64,000 nucleotides of DNA from Candidatus Peregrinibacteria bacterium Gr01-1014_25 (GTDB lineage Bacteria > Patescibacteriota > Gracilibacteria > Peribacterales > Peribacteraceae). The translations under genes were made by a program, and so were the position numbers. Each line of letters opens with the position of its first letter. Positions within the stretch are counted from its first letter, which is position 1. Shown one piece after another: positions 31,316-40,301 of this stretch. The notes under the pieces were generated by a model. The model was not told the DNA's origin. It made no database searches and saw only the letters and a list, made by a program, of their open reading frames with translations. The stretch is taken from NCBI GenBank assembly GCA_007376205.1, contig VMFU01000007.1, positions 14,118 through 78,117 of the forward strand, read 5' to 3'.

Positions 31316-32344
31316 ATGCACGATGTCTTCATACGCCGGTGCCTGGAGCTCGCCGAGCGGGGCAGAGGCTCTGTCGGGAATGGCGCGATGGTCGGGGCAG
31401 TTCTTGTGCGCAGCGGACGCATCGTTGCGGAGACGTGGCATGAGACGTTCGGCAAGCCGCATGCAGAGCGCATGCTGCTGGAAGACTATCGCGATGCAAT
31501 AGAGAAAGCCGACACGCTCTACATCAACCTTGAACCGTGCTGCCACCACGGCAAGACTCCTCCGTGCACGGACATCATTGTGGGACGAGGCATGCGGCGA
31601 GTGGTGTACGGCATGCGCGACCCGGATCATCGCGCGTCGGGAAAAGGCATGGCCGCGTTGCGTAGCGCCGGTATCGATATCATCGGTCCCGTCCTGCCCG
31701 ATCTCTGTCAGCGCTTCAATCGCGGATTCGTCAGTGCCCGCAGCATGGGGCGACCATGGATCACGCTGAAGCGAGCTGTTACGCGTGAAGGCAGTTTTTC
31801 GGCTTCCAATAGGGCTCCGTTGAAAATAACCACACATGATCAAGATGTGTGGTCGCACACATGGCTACGCTCTCGACACGATGCGATCCTCGCCGGCGTT
31901 GGGACCATTCTTGCCGACGACCCTCAATTGAATACAAGATTTGTGCAGAAAATTCATCAAGAATCAGGGCTAAACGATCATTCGACTCTTAAAAAATATG
32001 CACCGCTTCGCATCGTGCTGGATCCGAAGGGGCGTATTCCCATCGACGCCCGCGTCGTGAACGACGACAGCCGGAGTCGAACGATCGTCGTCATGGGACA
32101 GGGTTCGGTAGAGGCGCAGGACAAGGTTTCGACTTTGCGGAAGCAGGATGTCCGGGTGTTGGAGATTGCTCTGTCAGCCGACGGAAACTTCGTCTGGGCA
32201 GATCTGTGGACAGCGCTCCTCTTGCTCGATGGCGGGGCGAAGGGAATCACGAGCATCCTCGTGGAAGGAGGGGCAGAGACGTGGCGGCGCTTTCGGGAAT
32301 CGGGAAACGTCGACGAGGAAGTCACGCTCGTCGGCCAAGCCTAG
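31316..32344 (+). CDS. ribD: Bifunctional riboflavin deaminase/reductase
   Basis: HAE, LEPCCHHGKTPPC, DAILAGVGTILADDPQLNTR, SILVEGG. Confidence 0.93.
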   Translation: MHDVFIRRCLELAERGRGSVGNGAMVGAVLVRSGRIVAETWHETFGKPHAERMLLEDYRDAIEKADTLYINLEPCCHHGKTPPCTDIIVGRGMRRVVYGMRDPDHRASGKGMAALRSAGIDIIGPVLPDLCQRFNRGFVSARSMGRPWITLKRAVTREGSFSASNRAPLKITTHDQDVWSHTWLRSRHDAILAGVGTILADDPQLNTRFVQKIHQESGLNDHSTLKKYAPLRIVLDPKGRIPIDARVVNDDSRSRTIVVMGQGSVEAQDKVSTLRKQDVRVLEIALSADGNFVWADLWTALLLLDGGAKGITSILVEGGAETWRRFRESGNVDEEVTLVGQA

Positions 32345-33015
32345 AACTTTGCCAGGATGCGTTGGCCCGTTTTGTACCCGCGCATGAGCAGCCGATAGTA
32401 GAGCGGCAGGGTGCCGGTGCGCAGGAGGCGTGCCGTGAAGGATGCAAACCGCTCCCCGCATCTCTCGGCTTTGGCGAGGGCGTCGGGGCGCTTGTCGATG
32501 ACCAACCCGAATACCCCGCTGCCGGCCATGCACTTGCCCTCAAAGAACGTCCCCACGATCGTGCAGTGGTAGTAGCGCAGAGCCTCCTGCACGTGGCTGG
32601 TCGTGAAGCGCATCAGCCCCTTCCAGGCGGCCTTCGGCGCGCCTCCCGTGAAGAGGAAATACGCCGGCTTCCCGCGCATCAGGCCCTTCGTCCGGGTCTC
32701 GACATCGAGCGCGACGGCGCCCAGGCGGTCGATCGCGTTCTTGAGGTGCGCCGGCACCGAGAAGTTCCAGATCGGCGAGGCGATGACCACGCCGTCGGCG
32801 GCGAGGAACGCATCCTGCAGCGTGCAGAAGTCGTCGTCGCGGCGGCATTCCGGCTGATAGAACTCCAGCGTGAAGTGCCGGATGTTCATGTCTTTCAAAC
32901 GCATGACCTGCACGTCGGTGTCCGGTACCCGTCGCATGCCCCTGGCGAATGCCTCCGCGAGGAGGGCGCAGTTGCTCGGTTCGCTGGTTCCCGCGACGAT
33001 AACGAGAATCTTCAT
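32341..33015 (-). CDS. Flavodoxin-like NAD(P)H-dependent FMN reductase/quinone reductase family protein
   Basis: MKILVIVAG, ADGVVIASPIWNFSVPAHLKNAIDR, FTGG; TGCTATCCT 6 nt before ATG. Confidence 0.85.
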   Translation of the reverse strand: MKILVIVAGTSEPSNCALLAEAFARGMRRVPDTDVQVMRLKDMNIRHFTLEFYQPECRRDDDFCTLQDAFLAADGVVIASPIWNFSVPAHLKNAIDRLGAVALDVETRTKGLMRGKPAYFLFTGGAPKAAWKGLMRFTTSHVQEALRYYHCTIVGTFFEGKCMAGSGVFGLVIDKRPDALAKAERCGERFASFTARLLRTGTLPLYYRLLMRGYKTGQRILAKF

Positions 33016-33233
33016 GCGCAAAGGATAGCAGGGAATCCTGGTTCCTCGGAGGCACCCTGTGAACACCCGCCGACACACCGAAAAAGTTTTCCCTTGCGGC
33101 CCAAATGAAACATGACTCCGTACTACTCATCCGACGACGGGACACATCGACTCTTCGTCGTCACGATAAGGAAAATTCATCGTCGCCCACCCGTGAAAAA
33201 CTGCGGGAAATTTTGATTGGTATTCTCCGACGA

Positions 33234-33282
33234 TTCCTATACCTTGTGGTGTTGCACCATCAGGAGACACAACATCGTGTGT
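33234..33282 (+). promoter_or_regulatory. Tandem NrdR boxes upstream of nrdJ
   Basis: TTCCTATACCTTGTGG (33234-33249) and ACACAACATCGTGTGT (33267-33282) fit acaCwAtATmTwGtgt, 33 bp apart. Confidence 0.7.
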
Positions 33283-33309
33283 TTCCGTTTCCCTGCTTCC
33301 CCAAGCCGT

Positions 33310-36300
33310 ATGAACCCCTCGTTGACCGCCGCGGAGGCCTCTGCGCGTCCCGTTTCCGTCCGCCGCCCTGGGAAGGGGCTCTCCATCCGCCGCGTTTTCA
33401 CGACGCCCGGGAACGATCCCTTGGAAGAAATCGTCTACGAGAAGCGCACGAGCCGGATCAAGAACCCCGACGGGTCGGTCGTCTTCGAGATGGAGGGGGC
33501 GGAAATCCCCGCGGACTGGTCGCAGGTGGCCACCGACATCGTCGTCAGCAAGTACTTCCGTAAGGCGGGGGTTCCGCAGCTCGACGCGCAGGGCAATCCG
33601 CAGCGCGATGCCGCGGGCAGCGTGGTCACCGGTCCAGAACGCAGCGTCAAGCAGGTCGTACGCCGTCTCGCCGGGTGCTGGCGGTGGTGGGGGGAGACGC
33701 ACGGGTACTTCGCCACGTCACAGGACGCGCAGGCGTTTGAGGACGAGCTCTCCCATATGCTCGTCCGCCAGATGGCGGCGCCGAACAGCCCGCAGTGGTT
33801 CAACACCGGCCTGCACTACGCTTATGGCATCACCGGCCCCTCCCAGGGGCACTACTACTGCGATCCGGCGACCGGCGAGGTGCGGCGCAGCACCGATTCG
33901 TACACGCATCCCCAGCCCCACGCGTGCTTCATTCAGTCCGTCGGCGACGACATGGTGAATGAGGGCGGCATCATGGACCTGTGGGTTCGTGAGGCGCGTC
34001 TCTTCAAGTACGGATCGGGGACCGGGACGAACTTCTCGAACCTGCGCGGAGCGGCGGAGCCGCTCTCCGGCGGCGGGAAGAGCTCTGGGCTCATGAGTTT
34101 CCTGAAGATCGGCGATCGCGCTGCCGGAGCCATCAAGTCGGGCGGGACGACCCGCAGGGCCGCGAAGATGGTCTGCCTGGACTTGGACCATCCCGACATC
34201 GAGGAATTCGTCGACTGGAAGGTCAACGAAGAGAAGAAGGTCGCGGCCATGGCGTCGGCGGGGTACGACACGGACTTCAACGGCGAGGCCTACCTGACCG
34301 TCTCGGGCCAGAACTCGAATAACTCGGTCCGCGTGCCGCATGCGTTCTTCGAGGCGATCGAGCGAGGCGGCGATTGGCCACTCTACTGGCGCACCGAGCT
34401 TCGCAAGGCGCAGAAGGAGGGGCGCGACCCCAAGCCCTCCAAGGTGCTCAAGGCTCGCGACCTGTGGGACCGCATCGGTTACGCGGCTTGGTCGTGTGCC
34501 GACCCCGGTGTCCAGTACGATACGACGATCAACGACTGGCACACGTGCCCGGCGGACGGCCGCATCAACGCGAGCAACCCCTGCAGCGAGTACATGTTCC
34601 TCGACAACACGGCTTGCAACCTCGCCTCGATCAACCTCCTTCGGTTCTTCGACCAGGAACACGGAACGTTCGCGTTGGAGCGTTATAAACATGCCATCCG
34701 CCTCTGGACCATCGTCCTGGAGATCTCCGTGCTCATGGCGCAGTTCCCGAGCAGGGAGATCGCCGAATTGAGCTACCGGTTCCGCACCCTGGGCCTCGGC
34801 TATGCCAACCTGGGCGCGCTGCTCATGCGCATGGGCATTCCGTACGACTCTCCCAAGGGCCGTGCGATCTGTGCGGCGCTGACGTCGATCCTCACGGGCG
34901 AGTCCTACGCGGCGTCGGCGGAGATGTCGCGGGAGTTGGGGGCGTTCCCGGGCTATACGCCCAATCGCGAGCACATGCTGCGCGTCATTCGGAATCACCG
35001 CCGCGCCGCCTACAATGCGCCGGCGAAGGAATACGAGGCGTTGAACGTCGTTCCGGTCGGCATTGATCAGGATCTGTGCCCCACGGACATGCTGCAGACG
35101 GCGAAAGAATGCTGGGACCGCGCGCTCGTCATGGGCGAGGAGCACGGCTATCGCAACGCCCAGTCTACGGTCATAGCCCCGACAGGGACGATCGGCCTGC
35201 TCATGGATTGCGACACGACCGGCATCGAGCCGGATTTCGCTCTCGTGAAGTTCAAGAAGCTTGCCGGCGGCGGATATATGAAGATCGCCAACCAGTCCGT
35301 CGAGCCCGCGCTCCACGCGCTCGGCTATGGCCAGGCGGAGGTCCGCGAGATCATGCGGTACGTCATGGGGACGATGAGTTTGGAAGGCGCGTCGCACGTG
35401 AACCGCCGTTCCCTGCGTGAGAAAGGGTTTACCGACGAGGACATCGCCAAAATCGAGCAGCAGCTGCCGCAGGTCTTCGACCTGTCCTTCGCCTTCAACC
35501 GCTGGGCGCTGGGCGACGCCACGCTCAAGCGCCTGGGCTTCACCGATGCCCAGATCAACGATCCGTCGTTCCACCTCCTCAAGGCGCTGGGCTTCACGGA
35601 TGACGAGATCGCCGAGGCGAACGTCGTCGTTTGCGGCCACATGACCGTTGAAGGCGCGCCGCATCTCAAGCCCGAGCATCTGCCCGTCTTCGACTGCGCC
35701 AACAAGTGCGGAGCCATCGGCAAGCGCTTCATCGACGTCGAGGGGCACATCCGCATGATGGCCGCCGCCCAACCGTTCATTTCGGGCGCGATCAGCAAGA
35801 CGATCAACCTGCCTCACGAGGCCACCGTCGAGGACATCAAGAAGTCGTATCTCCTGAGCTGGAAACTGGGCCTCAAGGCGAACGCTCTCTACCGCGACGG
35901 CTGCAAGATGAGCCAGGCGCTCAATACGAGGGCGGACACGAAGGAATCGAAGACGACGGAGGTGGTGAAGGAGATCGTCGAGAAGATCGTGTACAAGGAG
36001 ATGCCGCGCCGCCGCAAACTGCCGGACGAGCGCATGTCGGTAACGCACAAGTTCTCCATCGCCGGACACGAGGGGTACGTCATCGTCGGGCTCTACGAGG
36101 ACGGCTCTCCGGGCGAGATGTTCATCAAAATGAACAAGGAAGGATCGACGCTCTCGGGCATCATGAACAGCCTGACGTTGAGCCTGTCGATGAACCTGCA
36201 GTACGGCGTGCCGCTCGAGGTGCTCTGCGAAAAGCTCGTCCACACGCGCTTCGAGCCGTCGGGTTTCACGGCGAACGAGGAGATTCCGATGGCCAAGAGT

Positions 36301-36678
36301 TTCATGGATTACCTGGGCCGCTGGCTGGCGCTCAAATTCCTGACGAAGGAGAAGGCGAAGCAGTTCCACAATGCCGAGCTCGTCGAGAAGGCCTACGCTA
36401 CCGGGACGAAGAGCAAGGATGCCTTCGCGATGCGATTGCCGGTGCTCGACGAGGGCGCGCAGGTCCCGACGGACTTCCTGGTCCGTACCGAGGAGAAGAC
36501 GGCCCACGAAGTCGAGGAGGCGTCCTCCAAGGTGGCGACGGTGACCACCAAGCGCGAGCAGGCCAAGCTCCAGGGCTACACCGGGTCGATCTGCGGCGCC
36601 TGCGGCTCCGTGAAGGTGAAGCGCAACGGCAGCTGCGAGGTCTGCATCGATTGCGGCGCAACCTCCGGGTGCAGCTAG
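33310..36678 (+). CDS. nrdJ: Adenosylcobalamin-dependent (class II) ribonucleotide reductase with C-terminal TSCPD/Zn-ribbon region
   Basis: NSPQWFN, HACFI, TTRRAAKM, NASNPCSEY, IAPTGT, AISKTIN, YRDG, terminal CGAC...CEVCIDCG..SGCS. Confidence 0.95.
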   Translation: MNPSLTAAEASARPVSVRRPGKGLSIRRVFTTPGNDPLEEIVYEKRTSRIKNPDGSVVFEMEGAEIPADWSQVATDIVVSKYFRKAGVPQLDAQGNPQRDAAGSVVTGPERSVKQVVRRLAGCWRWWGETHGYFATSQDAQAFEDELSHMLVRQMAAPNSPQWFNTGLHYAYGITGPSQGHYYCDPATGEVRRSTDSYTHPQPHACFIQSVGDDMVNEGGIMDLWVREARLFKYGSGTGTNFSNLRGAAEPLSGGGKSSGLMSFLKIGDRAAGAIKSGGTTRRAAKMVCLDLDHPDIEEFVDWKVNEEKKVAAMASAGYDTDFNGEAYLTVSGQNSNNSVRVPHAFFEAIERGGDWPLYWRTELRKAQKEGRDPKPSKVLKARDLWDRIGYAAWSCADPGVQYDTTINDWHTCPADGRINASNPCSEYMFLDNTACNLASINLLRFFDQEHGTFALERYKHAIRLWTIVLEISVLMAQFPSREIAELSYRFRTLGLGYANLGALLMRMGIPYDSPKGRAICAALTSILTGESYAASAEMSRELGAFPGYTPNREHMLRVIRNHRRAAYNAPAKEYEALNVVPVGIDQDLCPTDMLQTAKECWDRALVMGEEHGYRNAQSTVIAPTGTIGLLMDCDTTGIEPDFALVKFKKLAGGGYMKIANQSVEPALHALGYGQAEVREIMRYVMGTMSLEGASHVNRRSLREKGFTDEDIAKIEQQLPQVFDLSFAFNRWALGDATLKRLGFTDAQINDPSFHLLKALGFTDDEIAEANVVVCGHMTVEGAPHLKPEHLPVFDCANKCGAIGKRFIDVEGHIRMMAAAQPFISGAISKTINLPHEATVEDIKKSYLLSWKLGLKANALYRDGCKMSQALNTRADTKESKTTEVVKEIVEKIVYKEMPRRRKLPDERMSVTHKFSIAGHEGYVIVGLYEDGSPGEMFIKMNKEGSTLSGIMNSLTLSLSMNLQYGVPLEVLCEKLVHTRFEPSGFTANEEIPMAKSFMDYLGRWLALKFLTKEKAKQFHNAELVEKAYATGTKSKDAFAMRLPVLDEGAQVPTDFLVRTEEKTAHEVEEASSKVATVTTKREQAKLQGYTGSICGACGSVKVKRNGSCEVCIDCGATSGCS

Positions 36679-36731
36679 GCATCCCGGACGGACGGTGACC
36701 GTCTTTTGTTGCAACCCTTGGGAAGGTGTAA

Positions 36732-36749
36732 CACTGTATTAATACAGTG
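36732..36749. promoter_or_regulatory. Palindromic operator candidate, copy 3
   Basis: Perfect palindrome CACTGTATTAATACAGTG between nrdJ and the 36805 ORF. Confidence 0.7.
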
Positions 36750-36804
36750 AATGGGGAGGAGCGGTTCTGTGCATCCAGAAAGGGAAATGGGCTATCATTC
36801 CCGC

Positions 36805-37248
36805 ATGTCCGATCCCTTCCTGGATCATCTGCCATCGCAGGAGCGCGAGAAGATCCGCAAGCGGCTCCGCAGCCCCGAGGCGTATGAGGCTCTGCGGGAC
36901 AAGGTGAAGGGACCCGAGGATCTGGAGAGGGAACTGCGTAGGTCCGAGCAGCTTGCAGAACTCCAGTTCAGCCTGGAGACGGAACCCCACATGCGCGGAG
37001 CGCTCCGGGAACAGATGCGGGAGGATATTCAGGAGAAGGGGATCGATGCCATCCTGGAGGCCGATGCACTCTCTCCCGAGGGCAAAGGAGCCATCGAGCA
37101 AGGCAAGTTCGATGTCCGCGTCGATGCTCATCCCCAGTCGCATGAGGATGCGATCATCGCGGTGCCGGAGGGCAACGTGCAGGAGAAGGCGCCGGTGAAG
37201 ACGGTTTTCAGCGACCGGTACGTGGGGCAGTTTGTGAAGAGGGTGTAG
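36805..37248 (+). CDS. Hypothetical acidic protein (leaderless)
   Basis: TATCAT 6 nt before ATG 36805; E/R-rich helical sequence. Confidence 0.7.
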   Translation: MSDPFLDHLPSQEREKIRKRLRSPEAYEALRDKVKGPEDLERELRRSEQLAELQFSLETEPHMRGALREQMREDIQEKGIDAILEADALSPEGKGAIEQGKFDVRVDAHPQSHEDAIIAVPEGNVQEKAPVKTVFSDRYVGQFVKRV

Positions 37249-37289
37249 CTATTCTTTTCCTTCAACATTTTCCCGTCCTTGTAGAGGCA

Positions 37290-37460
37290 GCAGCCCCGCC
37301 ACTTTCTTTGTCACCACACAAAGAAAGTAGCCAAAGAAAAGTCTCCGCCGTCTGACGTTCCAGCCGGGCATGGGGAGGTAAGGAAGCGGGAGGAGGGGTC
37401 ATTGGTCGCGACGGCGTTCTTTGTTGTCCTTTCTTTCGCCGGAAAGAAAGGACAGAGGCA
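37290..37460. repeat. REP/MITE-like element with two related, oppositely oriented hairpins
   Basis: ACTTTCTTTGT-CACCAC-ACAAAGAAAGT plus AGCCAAAGAAAA, and TTCTTTGT plus TGTCCTTTCTTTC-GCCG-GAAAGAAAGGACA. Confidence 0.55.
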
Positions 37461-37642
37461 ACTGCCTCTGACGGAGAAAGTTGCGTGTTTACCTTACATC
37501 GACAGAAACAACACGCCGAAGACGGTGATGAGGAGGAAGAATCGCACAGACCGTGCACCCTACGCTTCCCGGAATGCCTTTTGCAATACCCGATGGGCAA
37601 AGAGCCCTTGATCAAGATGAAAAAACTGAACACATTACTATT

Positions 37643-37951
37643 TCAATGCTGTGAACCTGCTGTGGAAAAATGGCTTAGGGAATCATCAGGAGCGCATTTA
37701 TTGGGCTGTCGTTTTCCGCAGACCGTACAATGGTGAATGATCATCCAGCCCTTCTTGGAGCGGAAATCGACGCTCTCCGGTTCCATCATCCCTTTGCAGA
37801 GGGCAGCGCGGTCTCCCGGGCCATGCTCATCGACATGCCTGCTCCACAGGCACATAGGGCAGTGATTGCGGTACGTACCTGCTCCCAAGGGCTCCACGTG
37901 CACTCCGCAATGGCCGCAGGTGAACGCCTCTTCGCGGGGAATGAAGACCAT
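37643..37951 (-). CDS. RNHCP domain protein
   Basis: FTCGHCG, YRNHCPMCLWSRHVD, PGDRAA.C.G.M.P, HHCTVCG. Confidence 0.92.
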   Translation of the reverse strand: MVFIPREEAFTCGHCGVHVEPLGAGTYRNHCPMCLWSRHVDEHGPGDRAALCKGMMEPESVDFRSKKGWMIIHHCTVCGKRQPNKCAPDDSLSHFSTAGSQH

Positions 37952-37954
37952 GGA

Positions 37955-39049
37955 CTACACATTGAACCGGAAATGCATCACATCGCCATCCCGCACCACA
38001 TACGCCTTTCCTTCTTGCCGCATCTTTCCCGATTCTTTGGCTTTCTGCTCGCTTCCATATTGAACAAAATCTTTATACGAAATTGTCTCCGCGCAGATGA
38101 ATCCTCGCTCGAAGTCGGTGTGGATCACGCCGGCAGCCTGTGGAGCTGACGCACCGATGGGGATGGTCCATGCGCGGACTTCCTGAACGCCGGCGGTGAA
38201 GTACGTCTGGAGTCCCAGGGCCTGGTACGCGGCGCCGGCGAGGCGATCGAGGCCGGAGGAGGAAACCCCCAGATCATCCAGGAAAACTTTCGCCTCATCG
38301 GCTGACAGATCCTGCAGGTCTTCTTCGATCTTCGCGGAGATCGCGACGACCACGGCCGTCTCTGGAAGGCCGAGTTCCTTTTTTATGGCTTCAGGCAGGG
38401 CTCCGCGAAGTTCGTTCTCCGCTACATTCACGGCGTAGATGATGGGCTTGAGCGTGAGGAGGTGCAGGTGGCGGGCGATGGCGCGCTCATCCTCGCCGAG
38501 GGGGACGGACGATGCGAGTGAGCCGCTCTCCAGCGCTGCAAGCATTTTCTCCAACACGGCCTGCTCGGCGATGGCCTCTTTGTTTCCGGTGCGCGCGCCG
38601 CCCCGCACCCCCTCGATGCGCCTGCGCACCGTTTCGAGGTCGGCGAGGGCCAGCTCGGTTTCGATGATCTCCCGATCGCGTTTGGGATCAATGGAACCCT
38701 CGACGTGGATGATGTCGCCGCCGGTGAACGCACGGACGACGTGGCAGATGGCGTCGACTTCGCGGATGTGACTCAGGAATTTGTTGCCGAGTCCCTGGCC
38801 TTCGCTCGCGCCCTTCACCAGACCCGCGATGTCCACAAACTGAACGGCGGCGGGAACGACGCGCTCGGGTTTCACGAGGTCTGCGAGCTTCTGCAGGCGG
38901 CTGTCGGGCACTTCGACAATGCCGATGTTCGGGTCGATCGTGCAGAATGGATAGTTTGCCGCCTGCGCCCCGCGTGATCGCGTGAGAGCGTTGAAGAGGG
39001 TGGACTTGCCGACGTTGGGTAATCCTACGATGCCGATTTGCAGTCCCAT
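37955..39049 (-). CDS. ychF: Redox-regulated ATPase YchF
   Basis: GIVGLPNVGKST, ANYPFCTIDPN, DIAGLV, AAGVIHTDFERGFI, terminal FRFNV. Confidence 0.98.
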   Translation of the reverse strand: MGLQIGIVGLPNVGKSTLFNALTRSRGAQAANYPFCTIDPNIGIVEVPDSRLQKLADLVKPERVVPAAVQFVDIAGLVKGASEGQGLGNKFLSHIREVDAICHVVRAFTGGDIIHVEGSIDPKRDREIIETELALADLETVRRRIEGVRGGARTGNKEAIAEQAVLEKMLAALESGSLASSVPLGEDERAIARHLHLLTLKPIIYAVNVAENELRGALPEAIKKELGLPETAVVVAISAKIEEDLQDLSADEAKVFLDDLGVSSSGLDRLAGAAYQALGLQTYFTAGVQEVRAWTIPIGASAPQAAGVIHTDFERGFICAETISYKDFVQYGSEQKAKESGKMRQEGKAYVVRDGDVMHFRFNV

Positions 39050-39137
39050 AACCGGTGTAGAGTACCGAATTTCAGTGTTTTGCCTAGGAGATCACCTTTT
39101 ATTGACAAAATGTAATAATATGACTATATTCTACACA

Positions 39138-40292
39138 ATGCATTCCCGGATGATTGTTGGCATTTTCGCGCTCCTCGTGGGCGTTGTTACCCTCCCTGCG
39201 GTGGAGGCATCCGCACAGGGGTACGGGGGACTGACGCGCGCCGAGGCGATCGCTCTGCTTGTCGAGTCGCAGCCGGACCTGCAGCCAGCTTTGGAATCCA
39301 AGCGTGCGGCGATGCCACCCGTACCGCTCTTCCGCGATGTGCGGCAGCACCACTGGTATGCGCCGTACATTGAGGTCGCGTTCGAGCAGCACCTGATCCG
39401 CGGTAACCCCGACGGAACATTCCGCCCCGGTTCGATACTCACCTCCGAAGAAGGCGCGATGCTCCTAGCACGGGCTTGGGCGAAGGAGAGCGCGGTGCTC
39501 TTCATTCCCCGTGACGGAGGCGCGGTCGCCTACGTGCCGTCACTTGCAGAGCTCGCATCGGCGTACGGTATGCGCACATCCGTTGGGCCGTTTCCACTTC
39601 CCCGCGACGAATTCCTCTCGCTCCTGGTGCTTCTCTACGACGGCACCGCGGCCGCGGGGTTATCGCAGGAAGCGGTGACTTGGGTAGGCGTCGAGCCTCA
39701 GCTTCTAGAGCCTCCAGTGGCACCGGTTCCCGTTGCCGCTCCGCAGCCTCGGCCGGTTGTTCCCGTCACAATGTCCCCCACGCCCCGCCCCCGTCCGTCG
39801 ACGACCGTGGTGACGTCGCAGCCATCGCCCAATGTCACTGCGGCGCCGACACCTTCCGTCAATGGTACCTCGGGCTTCAGCATCAGCATGTCCTCGCTTG
39901 GCATCCAGAACCTGACCGTCACGCACCCGGACAATCCCTTCACGCATGAAGGGCTGCTCGCGCCGCTCAAGCAGGGCGTCGGACACCTCTTCAGTTACCC
40001 GGGACGCGGCGGCAAGATTCTCATCTACGGACACTCCAGCAGTTATCCGTGGGACGTGTCGGCCTACACGCGCATCTTCCGTCAGATCAACAAGCTGGCC
40101 GTCGGCGACACGGTCACGGTCAACTACGACGGGCGCCAATACACGTACCGCGTGCGCGAGAAGAAAACCGTCCCCGCCCGCGACCTGGCGAGCTACCAGG
40201 ACGAAGGCAACGGCGAAGAGCTCGTGCTCTATACCTGCTGGCCTCCCGATTCCGTGAGCGAGCGGTACCTGGTGATCGCGGAGCCCGTCTAG
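39138..40292 (+). CDS. SLH-like domain plus sortase fusion protein
   Basis: Signal peptide; FRDV..HHWYAPYI...GNPDGTFRP; P/T-rich linker; sortase triad YGHSS, LYTCWPP, ERY. Confidence 0.85.
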   Translation: MHSRMIVGIFALLVGVVTLPAVEASAQGYGGLTRAEAIALLVESQPDLQPALESKRAAMPPVPLFRDVRQHHWYAPYIEVAFEQHLIRGNPDGTFRPGSILTSEEGAMLLARAWAKESAVLFIPRDGGAVAYVPSLAELASAYGMRTSVGPFPLPRDEFLSLLVLLYDGTAAAGLSQEAVTWVGVEPQLLEPPVAPVPVAAPQPRPVVPVTMSPTPRPRPSTTVVTSQPSPNVTAAPTPSVNGTSGFSISMSSLGIQNLTVTHPDNPFTHEGLLAPLKQGVGHLFSYPGRGGKILIYGHSSSYPWDVSAYTRIFRQINKLAVGDTVTVNYDGRQYTYRVREKKTVPARDLASYQDEGNGEELVLYTCWPPDSVSERYLVIAEPV

Positions 40293-40301
40293 AGGCCGAA
40301 A

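Noticed and set aside
31200..33310. FMN riboswitch before ribD or cobalamin riboswitch before nrdJ
   Set aside because: ribD appears leaderless; the nrdJ leader is short and explained by the promoter and NrdR boxes; no conserved aptamer motifs were seen
37262..37736. Short ORFs in the 37.3-37.7 kb gap
   Set aside because: Several overlapping frames, none with convincing composition or start signals
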